A stretch of DNA of 64,000 nucleotides from Anthoceros angustus (Eukaryota; Plantae; Anthocerotophyta), in assembly GCA_010909165.1 (NCBI GenBank), contig VJWM01000106.1, positions 806,001-870,000 of the forward strand. Direction: 5' to 3'. Position numbers and translations under genes: made by a program. The notes beneath the pieces were generated by a model. It had not been told where the DNA came from. It was given only the letters and a program-made list of their open reading frames with translations, and made no database searches. How positions within the stretch are numbered: the stretch's first letter is position 1; every line of letters begins with the position of its first letter. Below are positions 36,001-46,569 of this stretch, one piece after another.

Positions 36001-37131
36001 CAAACATGAGTTTCAAGGTAAAGAAATGAACTGACCATCGCCTACCTAGACCCTTATGACAACAAATTTCCTCATGGCTTTGAACGGAGGTTTTCAGCCA
36101 AGCGATTAAATCCATTGACGGCAGGTGGAAAGATCAAGCGGAGGTTGTCTTCACCATAGGTCGTCCCCCTTAGGATAGTCCCTGTAGGTTTGTATCCTTG
36201 ATAGTTGGTTACCGTCCCTACCGATAGTGAAGGAGGGTAAGAAGAACGAAAACGGAGGCGATTCGCCCCTCCCAACCTCCTCTCATTTCTTCCTTCCCCC
36301 CCACCCTTTTCTCGTTTTGTTGTTGTCTGTTTTCATGTTTCCCCTCGCCCGCCGCAGCCATAGGTACGGATAGTCGCGTAGTGTGGTTTCCTTGGTGGCC
36401 CCTAATCACCTTGGTGGCCCCTAATCACCTTTGTGGCAGATGGAATATGTCACCCTTGTATATATTTTTGGATTCATACAGAGAAGATTATCTCTATAAA
36501 AAAAATGAAGTGACCATCTAACTAAGGATTACTTCCATACGATCATCAAAGTCTCACAACTCTTCTAAATCTTTAGAGCATCTATGTGTCTAACTATCTA
36601 CGAGCAGGTATAGTCTCGGATGGCTATGTCCATATTGAATAGGGCATGCTGATTTCTTTTGGGCAAAGACAAAAACATGACAAATCACCTTGGTCCCTGC
36701 GTGTATTTGCACACGTCATAAATGTTTTTATCATGTTTTCACTCTACACCTTTTTTGTGTGAATGTTACATGCAATTAAGAAAATTGTAATAGCTACTTA
36801 CCTCCAAGTACAAATATTATCTGAATATAGGTCAAACAAATATAGTCTTACGATAACATCAAAGGTGTAAGCAATTTTTTAAAATACCATGAACTAACTT
36901 ATAAGATCTATTGTTCTTTATTTAGTTATGGCGCGCCAAGGAGAAAACATGGCTTTAGTTATAACTATGTATATATTATTCTACTTTGTTTAGGAATTCT
37001 CCGAGACGTATAACCAAGAAAAATATGAATGCACTCTATATATGTGAGTTCATTGAGATTTCATTTTATGAGTTGGAAGTCTTCTTCTTCTTGTTCTTCT
37101 TTATCTTTTTTGTAGAAGTTATTTTCTTAAA

Positions 37132-38340
37132 ATGAGGAGGCTCCTATCTATTTTATTGTTTTTCCTTTGCATTCAAGCAATTCTAGGGAGTGGTCACCAT
37201 AAGGGTATATTATCTAAAATACAGAGCACAAAAGCTATCTAGATTGCTAATGCAAATTTTATTGTAAAGCTATAAGTTGATCATGATTAAGTTATTAATA
37301 TATTTTTTTTGTCTATGTGTGAGTGAAGTTGTAGGATCCACCGTTGATGTGGTTACCACGAGGAGAATGATACATCGCAAGTTTGGACGATTTGTTCCAT
37401 CTCCAACACGTGATCCTTCATCTTCAACAGATTATGTTGATGCAAATTCTAGACTCATCAAACAAAATAATATTATACCTTGGGTGCATTCCAATGATGA
37501 GGATGGGGGGATCATCAAAGAAGGTGATCTTTCGGATCCATCCGCTATCATGATGTATGATTATCATGATGGAGAGGAATTTGAGTTTGATTTTCCATCA
37601 CCCTTGGTACCATATAATCATAAGAGAAATAATCAAAGAGCTCCATCTCCAACACAATTGATGCCCCATCTATAGTGGGTTATGTTGATGAAAATTCCGA
37701 ACCTATCGTTCAAGATAATCATTTACCTTGGGCACATTACAATAACGAGGACTTGGGAACCAATGAGGAGGATAATAATCTTTTGAATCCGTATCCTCTT
37801 ATGATGTATGATTATCATGATGGAGAGGAATTCGAAGTTGATTCTCCATTATCATTAGTACCATATAATCATAAGGGAAATAATCAAAGAGCTTTGTCTC
37901 CAACAACTAATGCCCGATCTCCGACGAATTATGTTGATGAAAACTCCGAATTTATTGAGCAAGACAATCATCTATCTTGGGCACATTACAATAATGAGGA
38001 TTTGCGAATCAACCACGGGTGATCTTGCGGATCCGTCTTCTCTTATGCGGTATGATTATCATGATGGGGAGGAATTCGAAGTTGATTCAGAATCAGATAT
38101 GATATAATGGTAAGGGAAGTAATCAAAGAGCTCTCTCCAACAACTTATGCCCCATCTCCAACGAATTATGTTGATGAAAATTCTAAACCTATCGAGCAAA
38201 GATAATCATAGATTAACCTTCGGCACATTACAATAATGAGGATTTGGGAATCAACAAGGACGGTGATCTTCAGATCCGTCTCCTCTTATGATGTATGATT
38301 ATCATGATGGGGAGGAATTTGGCATTAATTCTTCATTACG
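37132..38340 (+). pseudogene. Secreted tandem-repeat protein gene (signal peptide, one intron, ~4 repeats of ~81-84 aa), frameshifted
   Basis: Exon 1 (37132-37204) encodes MRRLLSILLFFLCIQAILGSGHHK. A phase-1 GT..TAG intron (37205-37334) joins in frame to GSTVDVVTTRRMIHRKFGRFVPSPT. The repeat core ...atgattatcatgatgg recurs with ~243-252-bp spacing. Confidence 0.65.
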
Positions 38341-39128
38341 TTGGTATTCAATGACCAAAGAGTTTCGGCATCATGTGGTACAAAGACTCTTATGGATTAT
38401 ATTTATGGAGGATATTGAAATGTAGAATACTTGTACAAGTTAGATGTGAAAAGGACTAAAGAATGTAGGTCATGTATTTGCATTTAATTGTAAATTTTGT
38501 ATTGAAAATTTTGATGCTTTGTGAAAGAATAAGAATTTATTTAAGGCCACTAAGATAGTGCACAGTATCCCTTCCAATAACCTTCCGCAAACTTCATATT
38601 TATAGGCAATGGCCAAGTGTTCCTCAAAGTTTGCTATGTCGCATAGTTGCATGTCATTGGTCTAGGGGCATTCAAGAATACACATCATAGCTAGTAGACA
38701 AAGCGAAGACGGTAAAGACTATCATTGTACTCATTGCTATCTAAAGAGAGTAGATAGCTTGTTCACATAGAGCTCCTCCCAAAACTATCTTTCCTATATT
38801 AGTCGTCTAGACACTTGTGAGGTATGGGTTGGCATTTGCCATCATCCTCTATTGTTAAAACTTACTTAACTTCATCTATCAGCAATTCAAAATTCAAGTT
38901 TAAGAGTTTCTGGATGAATCAATAGGTAGTAATGCTGTAATTTATGAAGTTATCAATGACTCTTACAAGATGAAACATCGGCACAAATGCTAGGGCTAGT
39001 AAGAAAATACTACACTCCAACGACTTACCATTACCGGAAAGGAGCTAGAGCATAAGTTCCTCAGCATCATTTAAGGACTCTAGAAGGCTCATCATGTGGC
39101 AACATTTCAGGAAGCCAACTGCTTACCA

Positions 39129-39244
39129 ATACCTATATAGCCTGCTGGTGTTCCAAAATCCAAAAAGGAGCTAAAAAGTGTTTCCAGTACCTATATAGCC
39201 TGCTGGTGTTCCAAAATCCAAAAAGGAGCTAAAAAGTGTTTCCA
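39129..39244. repeat. 58-bp direct tandem duplication
   Basis: tacctatatagcctgctggtgttccaaaatccaaaaaggagctaaaaagtgtttccag twice. Confidence 0.9.
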
Positions 39245-39349
39245 GGATGTCTAGAAGCTTTATATCCAACCTTGGTGCAAGTAGCTTAAGCACACCATGG
39301 TACAAGTTGTTAAGTGCCAAGTACCATAACTAAAAAAATTCTGTCCACG

Positions 39350-39782
39350 TGGATTTCTACCTCTATGGAATAATAAGAATGTGATGGCATCACTAGATAG
39401 GTTGTATATTATTTGGTCATGAGACGAGTTTGGTCTTCTTCTACTTGTATAGAATAATAAGAATGTGATGGCATCACTTGATAGGTTGTGTATTATAATC
39501 CACTTGGACAAAAAAATTTCTACATGTATAGAATAGTAAGAATGATGGCATCACCTGATAGGTTGTGTAATGTTTGGCTACAAGACGAGTTTGGCCTTTT
39601 CTACCTGTACATAATAATAAGAATGTGATGGCATCATCTGATAGGTTGTGCGAGTTTGGTCTTCTTCTACCTGTATAGAATAATAAGAATTTGATGGCAT
39701 CACCTGGTAGGTTGTGTATTGTTTGGCCACGAGACAAGTTTGGTCTTCTTCTACTTGTATAGAATAATAAGAATGTGATGGA
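39350..39782. repeat. Degenerate ~60-80-bp minisatellite, ~6 units
   Basis: Recurring ttctac(c/t)tgtatagaataataagaatgtgatggcatcac..gataggttgtg..cgagtttggtct. Confidence 0.85.
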
Positions 39783-41254
39783 AAGCCTCTCAGCTACAAA
39801 CAAAACGGAAGTTTAGTTGCCAGAGATGTTGCCTCATGATGAGTGGTTAAGGGTCTTTAGATGATGCTAACGAACCCATGCTCTAATCATATCTACAATC
39901 AGGTTTACCTTCCATAGGTCTGGGGTACCTCCACGGCTTATCCGATCAACAAGCAAGGTGATGCTAAGGATAGAAATGATTATAGAATGGTAATTATCAA
40001 CTGTATCTTCCTCATGCACCCACATCTTCATTGTTTAGAAAGTTGTAGAAGCGGTCATTGCCATATCATAAAACAATAGGTCTTCGGAGTCTTTCAGCAC
40101 CTTGTCCCCCACAACAGCTGTGTCAAAGGATGGGTGACGTAAAAACTTCTAAGCCACAATATCGCACTTATGAATAAAAGTTCCCTTATATCCAAGGTTT
40201 CTCAAATTTGACCAATCAGTTTTCAGCCTTATGACGATCACAAATAACGCCTCACAACCTCACTACAAACAAAACCATAATTAAAAGTACTAGCCGTCAT
40301 TCAAGAGGATTTACATACATAGTAATTACCAAACCGGTACTTCATAGTTCTCTCTATCTACACGACTTGAACATCACATCCTAATTTGTATGGTAGTTCT
40401 TACGTACTTAATTTACAACAACAATAAAACTACCACAACTCCACTACTAACTCCCCAACATAATAAAATTAGATTCCTAATCAACATTAATATAATATTA
40501 ATTCTTCCTATGCACCTCCGTAACTAGGTTTTCTCTCCTCGCCTCTCCCAACCTCTCGCACAATGTTGAGTCCTAGGACAAAAGTGGTACGACCTTAGGC
40601 ATTTCCCTATGCTGCATAGGGCACGCTGGTTTCGTAGTAGGAGACCTGCAGCGTGTAACAAATTTATTATCTAATCCACGTCCTCTAGGACCCAATGTAA
40701 GTACCGATTAAGCGCAAATGCATAACAGCGGCGTTCTTGTAAATGTGTCCCAAGTCTGGTAGGCCGTTGGGACTAGGTAGCCAGAGTCTAACACAAAACA
40801 AGCCAGTTTCCGCACAGTACACTATCCGTACAATTGCGTTCTTGGTTGATGAGCAAACCATTAGGAAGATACGTGGTCTGCGGTTCAACTCGGCTCTAGT
40901 CTTCCTGGAGCCACCCAACGTGGAGATGTCCTCGGAGTCAGCTCGGCACGGGCTGCTCCACGATTGCTATGGCATATACATCTGCAGTCTGGAAACATGC
41001 GCCTTCTGTCGGTCACAACATCACAAATTGTGTCAGGGGTGACCGATCTTCCGTCGGAGTGTTCTATTTCTACCAGGTCTTCAATAGGAGTGTTCCATAG
41101 TTCTTTGTTTTGGCGTCTTCGCCATCTGTTTTAAACGAAACGGTCTCCCCAGTGACTGCTGATTGTGGAATGGTGATGCACATGTTCCTAGACATCTTGC
41201 CACGGCGTGCATAGTTACTGGTGCGTCTCCTCTTTCGAGTGCGGTACCTGTACT

Positions 41255-44200
41255 ATGGCTACAGTATGGCAATCAGATCCGGTGTGGAGCGAACAAATTG
41301 GTGGGTGTACGAGGATTCTACGACGAGCTCCCGCTTACCGCACCTCAAGGAGTCAACCGCTGGGAAACAACCAAGCCTGCAGGTGCAACAGTGTAAGGAG
41401 CCCTGCACCTCCACTTCCGAGAAAAAGTGTGGGTGGGGAGGGAATTCACATCGGTGGTGGTCGCCAGGAGCAGGAGCTCTTGTGGAAACAGTTTTTTCTG
41501 GATCCTACCATGTGGTGGGACAACAGGCGAGAGAGGAAGAGCTCCCGTTCGCCTGACTTCCGGCGTAAGGGGTCTGGTGAGGTCCTCTGGTTAAACAACA
41601 CGTTCAAGCCTGCTTGGGTGGATGAGCAGCTTGTGTCTTTGGATATGCAGATGGGTCATGGTGCCTCTCCTTCCAAGTCGAGCTCCACGGATAACCCTGA
41701 GTCTGGCAGGCGTTCTGGATCGGAAATGGGTGTCGTAACGGCTGGAACCGTAAGCATGTTATGTCAGCAGGGGAAGCTTACTGACGCCGTCGGAGCCTTG
41801 GAATCTCTGGCGCAGACAGACTCTGCTATTTCCCAGTCTCTGTTGTACACTGTGCTAAAACTGTGTGCAGCCAAGAAGGATCTGGTTGTGGGCCGACGAG
41901 TTCATGACATCACTGTCAACCTGGGGTACGAGTCGGATGCATACTTGGGGAACCATATCTTGCGCATGTATGCATCTGGAGGTAGGCTAGAGGAGGCGAT
42001 GGATGTGTTCACCAGGGTGGGGAAACCTAATGCCTACGTGTGGGGTTCCATTATCTCCGCACATGCTAAACATGGGAAGCCCATCAAGGCCATACAACTG
42101 TACCATGAGATGCGTAGGTCGGGTGTGAAGGCGGATGCTCACGTCTTTGTAGCTGCGCTTCAAGCTTGTGCATTTGCCGCTGACTTGGAATCTGGCAGAA
42201 AAGTGCACTCTGACGTGTTGCACAGTGACGTTCCTCCTAACTTGTTTGTTGGCACCTGCCTGGTGGACATGTATGCCAAATGTGGCGAACTGGAAGATGC
42301 ACGGGTTTTTGACAGCTTGGCCACAAAGGATGTGGTGACATGGAGCCTGATTGCTGGGTATACAGCAAGGGCTCGGCCAAGAGGCACTTGTTCTGTATGA
42401 ACAAATGGAGCAAGAGGGCCTGTTTGTGGCTAACGATGTTACTTTTGCTTGCCTTCTGAAGGCCTGTGCAAGCACCGGTGCCATAAAGAAGGGTAGGCAG
42501 CTACACTCACAGATTGTTGAAAGTCGACAGCTGGATAACATAGTGTTGGGCAACTGCCTGGTGGACATGTATGCAAAATGTGGCGAACTGAAAGATGCAC
42601 GCCAGGTTTTTGAAACCTTGGCCAGAAAGGATGTGGTGACATGGACAGCGCTGATTGCTGGGTATGCACAGCAAGGGCTCGGGCAAGAGGCTCTTGTAGT
42701 GTATGGAAAAATGGAGGAGGAGGGCCTGAGTGTGGCTGACCATGTTACTTTTGCTTGCCTTCTGAAGGCTTGTGCTAGCACTGGTGCCTTACAGAAGGGC
42801 AAGCAGCTGCATTCACAGATTGTTGAACGAGGACAGCTAGATAACATACTGGTGGGCAACGGTCTGGTGGACATGTATGCAAAATGTGGGGAACTCGAAT
42901 GTGCACACCAGGTATTTGAAACCTTGACCAAAAAGGATGTGGTAACATGGACGGCACTGATTGCTGGGTATGCACAGCAAGGGCATAGCCGCGAGGCGCT
43001 TGTTCTGTATGGACAAATGGAGCAGGAGGGCCTGATTGTGGCTAACCATGTAACATTTGCTTGCCTTCTGAAGGCCTGTGCAAGCACTGGTGCCTTACAG
43101 AAGGGCAGGCAGCTGCACTCACAGATTGTTGAACGAGGACAGCTGGATAACATAGTGTTGGGCAACTGCCTGGTGGACATGTATGCAAAATGTGGTGAAC
43201 TGGAAGATGCACGCCAGGTTTTTGACAGCTTGGCCACATGTGGTGACATGGACTGCCTGATTGCTGGGTATGCACAGCAAGGGCTCGGCCAAGAGGCGCT
43301 TGTTGTATGGACAAATGGAGCAGGAGGGCCTGATTTTGGCTAACGATGTTATTTTGCTTGCCTTCTGAAGGCCTGTGCAAGCACTGGTGCCTTACAGAAG
43401 GGCAGGCAGCTGCACTCACAGATTGTTGAAAGAGGACTGCTGGATAACACAGTGTTGGCACCTGCCTGGTGGACATGTATGCAAAATGTGGTGAACTGGA
43501 AGATGCACGCCAGGTTTTTGACAGCTTGGCCAAAGGATGTGGTGACATGGAATGCCCTGATTGCTGGGTATGCACAGCAAGGGCTCGGCCAAGAGGCGCT
43601 TGTGTATGGACAAATGGAGCAGGAGGGCCTGATTTTGGCTGACCATGTTACTTTTGCTTGCCTTCTGAAGGCCTGTGCAAGCACTGGTGCCTTACAGAAG
43701 GGCAGGCAGCTGCACTCAGATTGTGGAATGGTGATGCACATGTTCCTAGACATCTTGCCACGGCGTGCATAGTTACTGGTGCGTCTCCTCTTTCGAGTGC
43801 GGTACCTGTACTATGGCTACAGTATGGCAATCAGATCCGGTGTGGAGCGAACAAATTGGTGGGTGTACGAGGATTCTGACGAGCTCCCGCTTACTGCACC
43901 TCAAGGAGTCAACCGCTGGGAAACAACTGCCTGCAGGTGCAACAGTGTAGGAGCCCTGCACCTCCACTCTGAGAAAAGTGTGGTGGGGAGGGAATTCACA
44001 TCGGTGGTGGTCGCCAGGAGCAGGAGCTCTTGTGGAAAGAGGACTGCTGGATAACATACTGGTGGGCAACTGCCTGGACATGTATGCAAAATGTGGTGAA
44101 CTGGAAGATGCACCAGGTTTTTGACAGCTTACCAAAAGGATGTGGTGACATGGAATGCCCTGATTGCTGGGTATGCACAGCAAGGACAGAGAGGCGCTTG

Positions 44201-46249
44201 TTCTGTATGGACAAATGGAGCAGGAGGGCCTGATTTTGGCTGACCATGTTACTTTTGCTTGCCTTCTGAAGGCCTGTGCAAGCACTGGTGCCTTACAGAA
44301 GGGCAGGCAGCTGCACTCACAGATTGTTGAGAGGACTGCTGGATAACGAGGTGGGCAACTGCCTGGTGGACATGTATGCAAAATGTGGTGAACTGGAAGA
44401 TGCACGCCAGGTTTTTGACAGCTTGGCCACAAAGGATGTGGTGACATGGAATGCCCTGATTGCTGGGTATGCACAGCAAGGGACAAGAGGCGCTTGTCTG
44501 TATGGACAAATGGAGCAGGAGGGCCTGATGACCATGTTACTTTTGCTTGCCTTCTGAAGGCCTGTGCAAGCGCTGATGCCTTACAGATGGGCAGGCAGCT
44601 GCACTCACAAATTGTGGAGCGAGGGCAACTAGATAACTTGCAGGTGGGGAACTGCCTGGTGGACATGTATGCAAAATGTGGGGAACTAGAATGTGCACGC
44701 CAGGTTTTTGAAAGCCTGGCCTCAAAGGATGTGGTGACATGGACGGCCTTGATTGCTGGGTATGCACAGCAGGGTCTTGGCGAGGAGGCACTTGTCCTGT
44801 ATGGACAGATGGGGCAGGAGGGCTTGATTTTGGCTAACGATGTTACCTTTGCTTGCCTTCTGAAGGCCTGTGCAAGCACGGGTGCCTTGCAGAAGGGCAG
44901 GCAGCTGCACTCACTGATTGTTGAAAGAGGACAGCTGGATAACACAGTGTTGGGCACCTGCCTGGTGGACATGTATGCAAAGTGTGGTGAAATGGAAGAT
45001 GCACGCCAGGTTTTTGACGGGTTGGCCTCCAAGGATGTGGTGACATGGAATGCCCTGATTGCTGGGTATGCACAGCAAGGGACAAGAGGCGCTTGTGTAC
45101 GGACAAATGGAGCAGGAGGGCCTGATTTTGGCTGACCATGTTACTTTTGCTTGCCTTCTGAACTCCTGTGCAAGCGCTGGTGCCTTACAAATGGGCAGGC
45201 AGCTGCACTTGCAGATTGTCGAAAGGGGCCAGCTGGATAACATACTGGTGGGCAACTGCTTGGTGGACATGTATGCAAAATGTGGCGCACTGGAAGATGC
45301 ACGCCAGGTTTTTGACAGCCTGTCCACGAAGGATGTGGTGACATGGAATGCCCTAATAGCTGGGTGTGGTACCTGTGATGAAGGTCACAACGCACTAGCT
45401 TGTTTTGAGGAGATGTTGATCGCCGGCATCCAGCCCAGTGAGGTCACTTTTACTTGCCTTCTAGTTGCATGCAGTCATGGGGGACTGGTGCATGAGGGTC
45501 GCAAGCACTTCAATTCCATGGCTGAACAATATGGCATGAAACCTACCCTTGAGCACTACGTTTGCATGATTGATCTGCTTGGACGTGCAGGCCATTTAGA
45601 GGAGGCAGAGAACATGCTACTGTCATGTGAGAACCAAACTAATGTTGTGGGGTTGACGTCTTTGCTGACTGCCTGCAAAAGCTATGGTGATGTCGAGAGG
45701 GCGACGCGGTGTTTTGAAAGCCTTGTTAGACAGGACCCCCAGAGGGCGTCCGCATATGTGCTCATGGCCAATGCCTATGCAGATGCGGGTATGTGGACCG
45801 ATGTAGAAAGGATTGAAAAACAGAGAATGGTAGCAGGGGCTACCAAGAAGCCTGCAGTAGCGGGCATTGAGGTGAAGAAGCACGTACACACTTTTGTGGT
45901 GGGAGAAAACAGAAATGATCTCGCGGTCAAGGTAGAGAGCACGAGTGCACGTCTGAAGCAGGAAGGCGGGCACGTACCACAGACAAAGTTGGTGTTGAAG
46001 CCAATGTCGGAGAAGGAAAAGGAAGATGCGCTTTGCGGGCATGCAGAGAAGCTAGCCCTGGCGTTTGGTCTGTTGAACACACCGAGTGGCGCTCCCCTGC
46101 TGGTAACGAAGAATCTGCGCATGTGCAGTGACTGCCACAGTTCCACGGAGATCATGTCAAGAGTTGAAAAGAGAGACATAGTTGTAAGGGATGGGTACCG
46201 TGTGCATCGATTCACAGGTGGTTGTTGCAGTTGTAATGGTCGACCGTGA
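41255..46249 (+). pseudogene. PDF-motif + PLS (about 10 repeat units) + E1/E2 + DYW:KP (GRP) PPR gene, disrupted by frameshifts and an internal insertion (or mis-assembled)
   Basis: ATG at 41255 (MATVWQSD). PDF motif at ~41473-41631. MYAKCG at 42269, 42567, 42873, 43179, 43475, 44080, 44372, 44665, 44971 and 45269. C-terminus KKPAVAGIE..HAEKLA..CSDCH..CSCNGRP*. Many 1-2-nt deletions between 42300 and 45100. Confidence 0.88.
43719..44038 (+). repeat. ~320-bp templated insertion copied from 41161-41488
   Basis: gattgtggaatggtgatgcac...gagctcttgtggaaa matches the gene's own upstream/N-terminal region and is inserted at cagattgt|tgaaagagga inside a PPR unit. Confidence 0.9.
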
Positions 46250-46569
46250 GAATGGTGGGAACTAGCCAATGGCCAATGCTCGTCCAAGTGTGTGTGTTTC
46301 GGGAATGAATGGTGTAGGGTAACGAAGACGTACATTTGTGATGATCTGTACCTACAAACATACGCCATGGCAGTAGTCCGTCCGCTCCACCCTCGGCCGC
46401 CATGTCTCGGTCATCCTCGCGATATGGCTGGGGCGGGAGGTGGATAGATGCTTACCGGCACACGCCGCATTAATAACGTGACGAGTTTTCTGAGCCGGCC
46501 ATTTGCCCAGGGTGGTGGAGTCGTGCACAGGCCCTGTGCGCCTCAACTTCCAGTAGCTGTGCCGGCAAG

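Noticed and set aside
39350-39782. CRISPR-like appearance of the minisatellite (also the 80-bp and 36-bp arrays)
   Set aside because: Units are degenerate and contiguous, without unique spacers; eukaryotic context with no cas genes.
41265-41556. Out-of-frame ATG and alternative ORF at +10 in all three PDF-KP genes
   Set aside because: Arises from GTA-TGG (Val-Trp); ORF lengths differ among paralogues (65-116 aa), so no sign of selection.
41987-45327. Long antisense ORFs (up to 420 aa) over the PPR arrays, also at 62421-63251
   Set aside because: Shadow frames of the repeated 306-bp unit; no independent features.
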